A program made the position numbers and the translations under genes. Source: Nemertoderma westbladi (lineage: Eukaryota > Animalia > Xenacoelomorpha). From it: a DNA stretch of 33,985 bases. This document shows, in pieces, positions 11,889 to 24,300 of this stretch. The notes under the pieces are model-generated. The model was not told the DNA's origin. It searched no databases and saw nothing but the letters and a program-made list of their open reading frames with translations. The stretch spans positions 1-33,985 of the forward strand of contig JAUCBJ010002748.1 in the NCBI GenBank assembly GCA_032718475.1, written 5' to 3'. The stretch's first letter is position 1; each line of letters starts with the position of its first letter.

Positions 11889-13155
11889 GGGGCCATCCAT
11901 AAATGACGTCACGCTGGACAGGGGGTGGGGGGTTTAGTATTTCGTGACGATTTGTGACGAGGGGGAGGGGGGGGGGGGGGGGGTGTCCGCAATATCGTGA
12001 CGTCACATTATAAGTTTCCGATAAAATTACTGTATATTAAATACATAACGTGTATACTTGTATACTACTAGAAAGCCAGCAAGCTGGCTTTAAACGAACC
12101 TGCCCCTCAAACCAGTACCGCAGTACCCGAGTGAGCAAATATGGAAACACGAAAATTGCCATCAACTCAACGATAGAAACACCAGCTGCTGGTACTCATG
12201 TGGGCCTAGTTAAGCTACTACTATTTATTGAATGGATAGCCCAAACTGCAGAGAAGTATATTACTTGCCAAATTTATTACTATATCACTCTAACCCAGAC
12301 AGTAATCAAACATCAACTGTAAATTTGTATAATGTATTACCCCACCAGATGAATAGCTCTTCCCAGTGAATCCTATGACAATGACAATAATCGATAAGGT
12401 TACTCACTGCTATGTTAGATGGGAGGCCAGGTAATTGAATTGTAAGCACTGGGCCGTTTAAATGGTTTATAGGTTGATGATAATGAATGAGGAGGGACCC
12501 AACTAACACTACGTTTGTCTATATGGACGGTCTCATTATAGCCAGCTGGCTGGATTTTCTAGTTGAATCATATTATTCTGCAACCAAATAATTTACTCTT
12601 TAGACGAATTTGTGCGTTTTTTTTGCCGGACTAACAAATTTTGGCGACGTTCTGTGCGAGATTGGCGATAATTGAAAAGATTCTGAGGCTCAAATATGTT
12701 TCTCAAATGACTGAATAGCCCAAATAAAAAAGTTGGTGCATACTCGACGAGTTGAAATCGGTGAAATTCGACATTAAATTTTCAAAACCGCTATTTTTCA
12801 GTGACCCCGCGATCGAAACGCCACAAAAAATATACAGTCTTGTGCGCAGCCAAAATTTATGTAGAGTTTGTTATTAAAATTTTTGCGTACCTGATTGAGT
12901 TTTTGAGATATTGGATGGTTATACACACACAACCACACACACAACCACATCGTGTTTTATAACAGCTCAACTCTTGACAAGAACTACCCTGGCCTATTAA
13001 TAGGCAGGTTCGTTATTAAACGTGTATACTATTAACGTGTTTACTATATTAAACTATTATTACCTCTTCCAATGACAACCATTGAAATCTCAAATCATCA
13101 AATGGGGGGTCATCAAATGTCTTTAAAAAAAGTGACGTCATTTATGGATGGCCCC
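11889..13155. mobile_element. PIF/Harbinger-type MITE
   Basis: 24-bp perfect TIR GGGGCCATCCATAAATGACGTCAC. 3-bp flanks AAA/TAA. Removal restores the LINE frame LLRKSQNGFRP. Confidence 0.85.
12067..13017 (-). mobile_element. HINE (non-autonomous Helentron, DINE-1-like) nested in the Harbinger MITE
   Basis: 12-bp subterminal inverted repeats AACGAACCTGCC (12093-12104) and GGCAGGTTCGTT (13003-13014). GT-rich microsatellite near the 5' end (~12921-12950). 3' hairpin AAAGCCAGC-nn-GCTGGCTTT followed by CTAGT. Confidence 0.7.
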
Positions 13156-13193
13156 TAAGAGCCAAAATGGATTTCGACCAAATAGATCAACAA

Positions 13194-13425
13194 GTAGCTC
13201 AGTTGGTTGAGCGCCGGACCTTCAATCTATTGGTTGTAGGTTCAGCCCCGCTAGGGTCCACTCAGCTTTTCAACCACTGGGGTCGATAAAATGAGTACCA
13301 GTTAAATAACAGGGAGCAAATCTTGGGATAGGAGTAGCGCCGACCTCTACCTTCGGGTAGCAGCTATCGAAAGAGGAACCTTCGGGTCACCTCCGGCCTA
13401 GGCCGACTGTTTGCTTTTTTGTTTC
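13194..13425 (+). mobile_element. tRNA-derived SINE with conserved core and structured tail
   Basis: A-box GTAGCTCAGTTGG, degenerate B-box GGTTCAGCCCC, core ACTCAGCTTTTCAACC...GGTCGATAAAATGAGTACCAG, T-rich end. GCTCAG is duplicated at 13197-13202 and 13426-13431. Confidence 0.85.
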
Positions 13426-13841
13426 GCTCAGATACTTACGCTATGGAGACTGGCTGGGGGAATTAATTAAAGAATCTCCCTGCAGTTCTGACATTTGTGG
13501 ATTTTAAGAAAGCATTCGACTCCATCCATAGTGGTGTAAATTCTAAGAGCTTATGGAATACCAGAAGTAATTGTCGCTGGCATAATATTGTTATATTGTG
13601 ACACAGAAGCTGAGGTACTTTCACCAGAAGTTGAAACTGAGTTCTTCTTAATCCTGGCTGGCGTACTGCAAGGTGACACATTGGCGCCATTACTATTCGT
13701 AATTATACTGGATTACGCAATGAGGACGGCCACAAAGGGTGAAGATCTGGGATTCACACTACAAGAACGCAGAAGTAGCGGATATCCGGCAACTACAGTC
13801 ACAGACACCGCCTTTGCGGATGACATCGCCCTGCTCTCTAA

Positions 13842-14040
13842 TAATAATAATAATTAATTAATTATTTCATTTGCTAAAAACTCAATTAAATGAAATTTGC
13901 ATGAGGCAGTTAATACACAATGTATTTACTGATAATTTTAAGCAAATAAGCGTCACAGGGTTCCAGGTGGCAGCTTGGCCGCACCGTGTACTGTACAATA
14001 CCAACAAATAACTGTAAAAGATTAGAATTGCAATGCATTG
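13842..14040 (-). mobile_element. 3' tail fragment of another non-LTR element, antisense, with (ATT)n tail
   Basis: Splits the host RT between ...IALLSN and RQADAQLLL. Plus-strand (AAT)n is a minus-strand (ATT)n tail. Confidence 0.6.
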
Positions 14041-14455
14041 ATAGGCAAGCAGATGCACAGCTTCTACTGAATAAAGTGGAGAGGGCTGTTAAGGAGGTTG
14101 CATTGCATATAAATGCTACCAAGACCGAATTCATGACTTTTAATGTTGAAGGAAACCAGACCACAATTGATAATAATCAACTGAGGATGGTTGACGACTT
14201 CCAGTACATTGGATCATGGATAGCAAAAAGAAACAGAAGTTAGGAAAGCAAAGGCTTGGGTAGCTCTATCAAAAATGGATACCATCTGGAAATCAGATCT
14301 CTCCAGGCACCTGAAGACGAAGTTCTTTCGAGCCACTGTGGAAAGTGTATTCTTATACGGGGGTGAGACCTGGACACTGACGAAATCACTTGAACAACGA
14401 ATTGATGGTTGCTACACAAGACTACTAAGGGCAGCCCTAAACATCAGCTGGAGAC

Positions 14456-15531
14456 TACTACTACTACTACTACTACTAGGATCGGCATGCTGCATTGCAG
14501 CTGCATTTTTAAGAATGCTGTGCCGGCTTGTCAACAAAATTGCACCGCCACAACTCCCTATCACCCATGACATTTGCTAGATCATCCGCATATTTAAGGC
14601 CAGTGTCCTTTAAGATGCGTCTCAAGAAAGTCATGGGCTGTCCACCATGCTTATTCACTCCATGAGGCTGTCAAAGTACAAGATTATGCACTGGCTGGTC
14701 CTCACGGCGAAAGCAATGTCCTGCAAAGCGGAGGCGATTTTGTTCTAGTGTCAAGCTTGGGGGAACCAATGAGACACCTCCAATGTTATATAGTGTCTGG
14801 TTGGAGATGTGTGCATTGTACTTGACACAATGAACCCGGCGTAGCATTCTTGTGAATGTGCCATCCAGAGATTTGGTGTCCTCAGCAGTTAGAGCCCAGC
14901 ATGGACTCCCGTAGAGGAGTACTGGAACTACTGCTGCTCTAAATAATCGGACCTTAAGTTTCCGATTAATTCTCGGTGACTTCCAAATCCTGGAAAGCCT
15001 ATTCAAGGCTGCCCATGCCTTTCCCTTACGTATTCGAAGGTCCTCACCTGACTTCCGGATCCATGATCCCAGGTAACAGAAGTCGTCCACATGCTCAAGC
15101 ATACCATCCTTTGAGCTTATGCTCATCCGATCAGAGACTTGCTGAGGACTTTCAAAGTTAACTGTCAGAATTTTGGTCTTTCTGGAGTTAATAAAAAGGC
15201 CAACACTAGAAGCAGCATGTTCTAATGAGCTGAGGAGCCGTTGGGCTCCCTCTAATGATTCTGATAGTACTCCTAAGTCATCAGCAAAGTCTAGATCAGT
15301 TAGGTACTTGGCAGGATTTCCTCGACTTCTGGCGCCAGTAGGTGGAGTTATCATCACCCCATCATCATTATAATGATGTAAGGACATGCGTAGAACATAG
15401 TCAACCACAATAATGAACAAGAATGGTGCAAGTGTGTCTCCTTGGAGGACGCCCCATAACACTTCAAATGGTTCTGTGTTACCGTCAACAGTAGACACAA
15501 ATGTTGTCGAACCATCGTATACTGATCTGAT
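14456..15531 (-). mobile_element. 5'-truncated RTE-clade LINE inserted antisense into the older RTE
   Basis: RT motifs GVLQGDTLAPFLF, LTDLDFADDL, DDFCYLGSWI and RLRFAGHCFRR. One premature TGA at 14671 where the host has Trp. (TAG)n tail. 10-bp TSD AGCTGGAGAC at 14446-14455 and 15532-15541. Confidence 0.93.
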
Positions 15532-18500
15532 AGCTGGAGACAACACATGACAAACGCTGAGATTTATGGTACAATACCACCTGTATCAACCACCCTCCGT
15601 GAACGCAGATTAAGATTCAGTGGACACTGCTGGCGAAGTAAAGACGAGGTCATACCAGATCTACTTTTCTGGCAACCAACTCATGGAAAGCGTAGTCGTG
15701 GACGACCGGCCATAACATATATAGGTCAACTTGAAAGGGATACTGAACTTGGGAGAAACGAAATTGTGACAACTATGGAGAATCGGGAAGCCTGGATGGA
15801 TCTCACTGTTCGAGCTAGCTCGAACTAGTAGTAGAGTATGTTCAACAGTATGAATATAATGTATAACTTTATACGGCAGGTGAGAGTCAAGAAGCTTTTA
15901 ATGGACATAGGAGTCATTGTCCGTTGCGGAACACCAGGAATAGGTATAGATTACCACTCCATGGCTAAACGTAGGGTTTCAGTACCGATGATACATAAAT
16001 TATCGGTACCTGGTACGATTAACTGACGCAAACAATCCACTAGAGCCGTTATATTATAATACTGGAGTAATGAAATTTTTACGAGAATAAGCCTTCCTTA
16101 TAAAATTAAATAATTCAATTTTCGAAGTAACTATTAAATACTGGTATAGACTATTGAACTAATATTAATAATAAATACTAAATAATAATAATAAAAATAA
16201 ATAATTTCATTGTAAAGTTACTCGCTCGTAAACATTACTTCGATATTGAATAAGAAGTTGTCATGTAATATGTTGGCTTCGAGAGTTAATGTGTTACATA
16301 TTAACTCGATAAAAAAAATTACAAAGCCGAGTTTAATTTAAATATTAATTTTTTAATTATTTTAATTTTTTTAATTTTAATTAAACTATAAAAAGTGAGT
16401 TGTGAGAGTGAAAGTGAAAAACGAGTGATCCCATTAATAACATACACCTACTACACTTTATACAAACTACAACCAACAAATACTATGCGTACATATACCA
16501 AACACAAATATAAATATAGTAACAAATTAATAACTACATAATTATAGAATGTATACAGTAGCCAACCAACAATGTAATGTAAACTACATGAATAATTAGC
16601 ACTGCCCTTTTTAATGCACAACATTATAAAATATTAGCAGGTAAGTCAATGCTCAGTATATATTGATGGAGACAGAATATTTCTAACAGCAACTAAACTA
16701 AAAGTATCTCGTAATGAACTATGATTTAATAAGGACTGTCTGCAGTCTGTACTGTCTGTGCACAGACAGTTTATTTTGGAAAATACATTTATGTGGGCCC
16801 TCATAAAGCCACGAACAACCATGTCAGTTAACCATTCCTATATAATTATTACTGTACAACAGCAACACAGATGATAGGATAAACATAAAACACTTGATTT
16901 CAGCTTCGTAACATTTTAGTTGAAACATTTATTTACATTACTACATACCTGTGCTAGGGTATTCATCCCACAGTTCTGCCAAAATTAGATTATATTTATA
17001 TTCTACATTTAAATAAAATATTTGGACTATTAATAAGCGAATATATTGTCTCATATAGAAAATAATTAAGAAACTGCATCTCATAACATAAACAGCAAAA
17101 ATATAATGTAAGTAAATTTAACAAAAAATTAAATTGCGATTTTTTAATTAAAATTAAAAAAATCGCAATTTGATTTTATTATTTGTTTCAAGATAATGTA
17201 TATTATTCCATTTTGGAATTCAACTTGCCAAACAATTTATCGGACAGTGCTTCAATTTCCAATCCGTGCCAATAAGTTTGTATCAATGTTACATATAATT
17301 AGGGCGACTGTCGCACTCGTACCACCATATGATATTAAATTAATTTCCTCAAAGTCATATTGTTAGTCTATGATTATAACAGTAGGCCTAAAATATGTAA
17401 AATATAGTCCTACTGTATTTATTGTAGCTAAATGCATTATTATTTTGTCGTAGTGTAGTACAGTAGATGTTGTCAGACCCTGGATGGTACCACAAAGTAA
17501 AGTAAAATATTTTATGTACCAGGTACCACAGTATGAATAGCTTCGTCTGATATTTGAACCTGAGAATCGCCACAGTAATTATATAGCAAATCTAACTAAA
17601 TAAAATATAAATATATTACAAAGCCTCTAAATATTAATCACCAATTAAATATGTTTTACCATAAAAGAGCTCCTTATACCGCTGGAACATTTTCACAATA
17701 AGATAAAAATAGAATCTAAACCATATTTATTGAACCAAATTAAATATGAAATTTATTTCCAATTATAAAAATTTGTTTGAAACATTGTTAATAAATCAAC
17801 AACAATTATAACAATAAATGCTAAATAGAGAACGGGATATAAAATCAATAAATATTTTTTTTACGAAACATTGTTTAGGTTGGTGTACAATGTAATGTGT
17901 GGTGGGAGGTTGGGGGGGGGGGGGGGGGGGGCAGGGGGATTAAAATTAGGTGGCACAATGACAAGGTCGATGTACGCGCGGGATGTAGGCCGATGATAAC
18001 CTTAACAGAAGGTACTACTAAATAAGGAAAATTAATAAAGTGATGCGTTTCGTGATTTAAATCGACCTCTCCAAGATGACTTACTATCTGCAGTAGACAG
18101 GTACAGTAGACCCTAGAATTATTAACGGCACAAAATTATGTCTGTACACGAGTTCCGAGTGTTTGTTGTTCTCTAACCCCAGCAACCCCTCCTTAAGGGA
18201 GAGGTGGACGGAGCATACAACGGGATGCAGGCTTACAATACGAGTGGCATATACTGTAGTCTGTTCAGAATGTTCTGGAAGTTGAGTTTCATAATTTAAT
18301 ATCGTTCTCGCTATGCCGGGACTAATTTACTATACTCGTGAATATAACTGCGAGTAGCAGACACCGGACAGGCAGATAAAGGCTGGTTTAATAAGAAATA
18401 CAGAAAAATATGAACTCGTAGTAGAACTGAAGATGGCACCGAATTAATTCTGAGTTGGGGATTCCACGCAAGCAAAAAAGGCGAGATAGCCAGTCAGTGC

Positions 18501-19901
18501 GATGAGTTCGGAATGTCTTTTTAGCTGTTGGCAGTTACATTAATATATAGTTGGCAGTTAGTAAAATAAAGTGTCTTACTTATGTACAGTATCACATAAA
18601 ATAAAAACGATATCACTACAATAGGCAGAATACTGTACCCCTTATCAAATAATGTAAACAAAACCGGGTTTACAGTGGCATTTCGACTAATATATTTCTG
18701 ATCCTTACTATTTTATTACGTAATTAAAAATATTTGCAGTAGGCTGGCTGCTAATAATAAGGTATAGCGCCGCTCCGTGAACAATAAAGAGCAGAAAACA
18801 AAACTGTATTTAATTTACACTGACAAAGAATAACTACTCCGTACCACAGGAACTTACAGTACTTATTGACTTGCTAAAATTGCGTTCAGTTATTACATGC
18901 TTTGTTTACCATACAGAAATTACAGTATATTAAAAACAATTACTCCCATGATGTCATCCTGCGAATTAATTAATTAATTGCGTTAATTAACATGCGTAAT
19001 TAATATATTATATAACAACATCGTCAATGTGGTACATTTATACAACTGCCGTACCGCAATTGAAACCAAACTACACTCAACAGGTACGTACGGTATTCAA
19101 CTGTAATCTGCGTGTATTGTTTGTGGGGTTGCGTAGAAACAACAATTCGAATTATGGAACACAACTGGCCCCCCTTGCAGAGATTCCATACAACTCCTAC
19201 CTACTGCATCAACCAATGATAAATAAATACATGTTCTGGAACATTTAATGACGTCAGTAGCAGTGCTCTGCGTACAGTAGGCCCTATGCAATGTAATATT
19301 GAATAATTATGCTGTGCGATACAGCGCGCCCACTCTTTTTCGAATAACTTTTGATTGCATTGACGGATTTTTCTCAAATTACGTCAAAACCTTTTCTACG
19401 GGGATGCCCTTTCGATATATGTAAAAAAATTTAAAAATTCCACCAAAAATATTTGAGTTATATTTTTTTTGCCCATGTTTTGCCCTTTTTTTTGCCAATT
19501 TGCCCATCACTTTTCGAGGGTTTGTGAATGCCAGGAGATAGAGAAAACCTTGCTCTTTCGAATAGAATTGGTTTCAGATCGGTAGAATCAACAGGAATGA
19601 AGCGGCTAGCGATATAATTAACCCCTACCGGTGCCGGCTTTTGTTATGTCAGTTGCTAAGCAATGTCAGTTTTTCAGAGGTCTGTAGAATGAGAACGGCT
19701 TGTCGTACAGAGTTCGAAATAGTCTTAAAAATTAAATAAATTATTCAGCTCCAACTTTGAGATGTTACGTTTTGTCGTAAATATCACACAAACTGAGATA
19801 TAAATAATCGTAAAATAGACAAATTTGTTCTGGAATTGTGAATATTTGAGCACAGTTTTCTAGAAATCTACACATAAAAGTTCGAATTTTATTCTTGGCG
19901 A

Positions 19902-20330
19902 TTTTTTTTACGTCTTTTATCTATTTTCTATCAAAGTTTGGAGAAAATCGCAGGGCTCAAGTGCCTCGAGTTTGATATGCTTTTGAAAATGTCTCTTTTT
20001 TAGAAAATTCGAATGTTCTAGAAAATTAGGGTCTAATTCAAAAATCGAAGACGCGACGTACCCTTAGAATTTTATTCTCTACAACTTTACGATTTAACTT
20101 TTTTTTGATGGGCGTTATAGGTTTCGAGTTGACGGCAGCCAGCAGCGGTTTTTGTAACGTTTTTTTTTTTAGGCGCGGCGAGATGGGGACCCTACCCTGC
20201 CCATGGCCGCGCGAGTTTCTATACCCCATGTGGTGAACCACCCGTGGTCCCCCATATCAAACTCGAGGCACTTGAGCCCTGCGATTTTCTCCAAACTTTG
20301 ATAGAAAATAGATAAAAGACGTAAAAAAAA
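19902..20330. repeat. Perfect 78-bp inverted repeat with 273-bp spacer, within a larger TE-like block (~19320-20330)
   Basis: 19902-19979 is the exact reverse complement of 20253-20330. Confidence 0.9.
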
Positions 20331-20789
20331 GTCTGAAATTTCTAATTAAATATCAGTTGGTTATGTCAATTTAGTTTCCCATGTCGTCATTAATCTGCCA
20401 TTAAAGTAAGTTGTAGTTAGTAAAAAAATATGGAGGAATCAATTTCGGGTAAAAATTAACAGTTCCGAACTATTTCAATTGATTATTCACGACTTCAACT
20501 CTATTATGGTTGTCCTAGTTGTAATAAAAAGTATTATAATACTTGAATGTTATAAGTTTAAAGAAATCGAGGGTGCTGATGTGATGTTTCATGTATAACA
20601 TATTATTTAATGAGATAATACTAATAAAATTAAATATATTAACACGATGTAATTATAAATAACTCACACATAAAACTAATAACTAAATAATAAATAATTA
20701 TTATAATTACTAAGCGAATGCTTAATAAATAATTAATTAAATGGAGTATAACAAACAAAGACACACTAAACACACATTATTGCTATATA

Positions 20790-20795
20790 TTTATT
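20790..20795 (-). terminator. Candidate PHKA polyadenylation signal AATAAA with GU-rich downstream element
   Basis: About 520 nt after the PHKA stop. Followed on the minus strand by GTGTGTTTAGTGTGTCTTTGTTTGTT (~20750-20775). Confidence 0.5.
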
Positions 20796-21311
20796 GCATA
20801 CAGAAAGGATATACTTAGCTTTCAATACAACTTAATTATATAATATGTAAAATATATAATCCGGTGTAAGTTTAATTCCCTGTAAGTAGGAACCCCCCCA
20901 CCCCCATATAGCACCAAATAAAAAGGTATTGTATTGCATGTTGTATCTTTAGTAGTTAAATAAAGTATCTCTATCATCCAGCGATACTAATAATAATAAT
21001 AACATGATCTATCTTTAGGTACGGGGGGGGGGGGGGGGGGGGGGAATTATAATCTATCTCGGGGAAATACAAATAATAATCATCAAAATTAAGGAGAGGA
21101 AGGATGTTACTATTATAGCAATTCCCCCCACTCACTCACCCGCCACCTCCTCTCGTCCAATTTATAGAAAACGAAGATAAAACTGAGGTAGATAATCTCG
21201 TTAAGTAGATACCCGACAATATTAGAGAAACTAGAAAATAATAAATAAACAAAACATGAAGATACATCAAAAAATATTCTACTAAAATTGTCTCAATAAT
21301 TTCAAGCAACA

Positions 21312-24300
21312 TTAACTCAAACAACACTCGGACACAGATTCATGGTTTATCACCAGCTTAGCAACGGCCTTAGCGATGTAGACCATAGTTCCATAATGGC
21401 CGCTGGGGGCGCTGTCATAAAAGAACTGACAGACACCGCAGGTTCCCTGGCAAGGCGGATTCATTGATTGGCCATTAGGAGGCGCTAAGCAGCATAAAGT
21501 CGCGTCCCCTTCCTGCTGTCTCTGATCCTCCAGGAACAGGTTATTCGCCTCGGCTACGAGCTGCTCGATGGCGATGACACCACCGACGAAGTCTTTATAT
21601 TGCTCGGAGACCAGGGTCAGCACCATCAAACCCTCCACCAGCAGCTGTCGGTACTCCGGTTGAGGAATTCGGTTGAGCACAGACTCCACTGTGAGCGCGA
21701 AGTTGAGTTCCCCTGACGTCATCTCCCGTGTGAGACTCGAAGTGATGAGCAGTCCCTCGATGGAGATGCCCTGGCAGTGGTTGAGGACGTTCCAGATGCG
21801 AGGGTAGAAGTTTACGGGGACTCGATTCAACGAGCCGTCGAGACGACGACGACGTAGCCACTGGCCTAGACGGGGTCGACGACACGGGATATCGTCTTCC
21901 ATCGGGTCCGATGAGTAAACGATGCGATCCAGAGAGTTTATGATATGTTTGGAAGACTTGTTGATATCATTGGAGGTGTTGACTGAATTGAAAGAAGAAT
22001 TAATGAGGTTGTTGCTATGCCCGTTAAGGTGGTTACCGGAATGACGAGAACTAGCTTTGAGTTTGGCGATTCCGCTATAATCATTCTTGGGAAGATCGAC
22101 GATGCTCATCGTTCTTTGGCTCTCCTTAGTCGTCTCCACGGAGAACTCTTGGCCGCTTAGGATGTGGTGGAGGAGATTCTTTAGCTCAAAAGGGCTGAGG
22201 TTTAGGAGATAGCTGGTGGCCTGGAGCACCTCGCAATCCAAGACGATAGCCAACTCCGAGATCATAACCTGTATGATCAATCCGACGCGAAGACGGAGCA
22301 TCTCTCGGAAGAGCGCCGGTTCCGTTCGGATCAACATCCCGAGGTAGTAGACAATCTCCTGGGTAACCACCGCGATGCTTCCTTCCTCCCCGCAGCACTC
22401 GTATATCAGGTTGGAGAGGTCCTCGGGAGGTAACGGGGCTGTGATCGTCTGCTCTCTAGGCTCTGGTGGGAGACCCACAGTCAGCTGCTTCTGTCTGACT
22501 ATTAGGTCCGTCACCGACTCAGCCATCTCATCCAGACGCTTCCGTAACATTCCTGCTGTGTGACGGATTATACTCCAATGTTTGAAGTGACTCGCTTTCT
22601 CGTAGAGTTCCTTTAGTAGAACGCGAACGGAACAACCGGATTCCCCGGAAATCTCCGTGTCGAAGTCCGGCCCTTCAGTGATGTAGAGGTAGTACAGGAT
22701 ATCAGCTTGGTCCTGTAGATGTTGGGTCCCTCTCAGTTGCTCCACAAGCTCCAGGGTGTCTATCTCCCCGTACATCTCTACTAGATGTTGGTGGGTGCTG
22801 CTACTCACCTTGCTGTCTCCATCTGATAACGAATGAGCGTCAACGATGGAGGTTTGTAGCAGCCTTCCGTGGAAGGCATTGCAAGGAGACTCAATTGAGT
22901 AGTTGTGTGGAACGTAGTTGCCGTCCCCCCAGGATGGGCTGTCTGTCTGCACCCAAGGGGTGTCGAAGTAACACCCAGGAGTGCTGCCTCTCCTACCCGA
23001 TGTCCAACTGGGTGCGTCCGGGCTGCTGGCACCCAAAGGGACGACGTCGTTGTAGTGGTTGCCAGGGGACACGGGTGCGTTCCCATACAGCGGACCAGTT
23101 ATCGTCTCGCATTGGTCCGTTATGATAGGCGACTGGAGTTCCAGACTTTCCTGTAACTGTAGCGACTGGGCCTTGAACATGGCCCCGGACACGGACACCC
23201 GTCGACGGGGGCCGTGACCCAGCTGGGTGCGTCTGGTCGCGCCCACCGGGGTCTGACTACCCACGGGGGTCAGCAACCTAGGGAGGTGTCGCGTAGACTG
23301 CACAACTAACTGATCCAGGTAGCCGGACAGACTGTGGGAGGTGTCGGCCGAATCCTCCAGGAAACTCAACCGACTGACACAGGAAGTCGGTAGGAAGTCT
23401 GCGAGACGACCCATCTGTACGGAGACACCGGTAGTGTAGCCGACGCGTATCTTACGTAATAAAGTCAACGACGACGAGTTGAGTTGGAGTTTGTCATCCA
23501 GCATGGAGCGAGTGACCGGGATTATAATCGTGGGTCTACCGAGGCAGTTCCAGCTGGAACGAACGAAGGCGAGCTCGTTGCAGAGGACATCACCCACTAG
23601 GTCGGGATCCAGAGCGAGGTAGAATCGCTGCCGATCGAAGAACTGTGGGATGATGACGAACTGAAGATCTCGTAACGTGTAGATGCGACAGGAACCAAGG
23701 ATTCCGATAGGATGGGCCGGACGGCCGGTTAGATCGAGTTTCCGACTGTATCCGAGTTTGGTGTAGAGCTCCGAGAGGATGAAGGCCGGGTGGACCTGTA
23801 TGGGGGCGAGTTCGGCGATGGTCTGCACCTCGATGTCCAACTCCGAGAGTTTGTGTTTAATGTAGATGTCCTCGGCGAGACAGACAACCTGGACGGTGAG
23901 GTCCGGCTTGGGTTGGAGTGCGAACCGCCGGTCCAACGGGTCGATCTCCCCAGGAGCTATCAGTTTATCGTAGAGCAACTGGCCCAAAATGTAGAAACTC
24001 TGAGCCCAAAGAAATGGAAGCTCCCCGCCCGCCCGTCGGTCTACTGAATGTGGAGTAGCTGTCTCCTTAGCAACAAGCTGTTCCGGAACGTAGTAGAACT
24101 GGGGAGCCAACAGGAAACCTTCCGAATTCTTAACGAACACCGACTCTAACTTGTTTCGGTAACATAGAACCTGTTCCTCGTCATCATTGAAGAGCCCATC
24201 GAGGAACAGCATAGTCCAGAAGAGAGGCCATTCGCATTCGATGTTCTCGAACTCCTTGAGTTCCCAGGGTTCGTAATGCAGACGGGAGCGGTCCTCCTTC

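Larger units (their letters stand above)
10288..15834 (+). mobile_element. Decayed RTE-clade non-LTR retrotransposon (APE endonuclease + RT), interrupted by five insertions
   Basis: Endonuclease motifs LKIATMNARTL, IAIQEHR, GGVGILLS and GDLN. RT motifs QNGFRPNRST, FVDFKKAFDSIH, GVLQGDTLAPLLF, FADDIALLS and FQYIGSWI. C-terminus RLRFSGHCWR...RGRP, then a (TAG)n tail. Many frameshifts and stops. Confidence 0.92.

Noticed and set aside
13194-13260. Functional tRNA gene
   Set aside because: The 5' acceptor strand is missing and the T-loop is degenerate (GGTTCAGC). It continues into a SINE core and interrupts a LINE.
14671-14673. TGA as Trp or selenocysteine recoding
   Set aside because: A single TGG>TGA change in a dead TE is simpler, and PHKA and UTP15 use TGG for Trp.
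14671-15546. 291-aa ORF as a cellular or domesticated RT gene
   Set aside because: Its start lies in the TSD/host flank. It is a 5'-truncated LINE with a tail, a TSD and a premature stop.
21136-21327. Hydrophobic 63-aa ORF or extra UTP15 exon after the PHKA stop
   Set aside because: T-rich 3' UTR sequence with no UTP15 similarity. The flanking UTP15 exons already join in frame.
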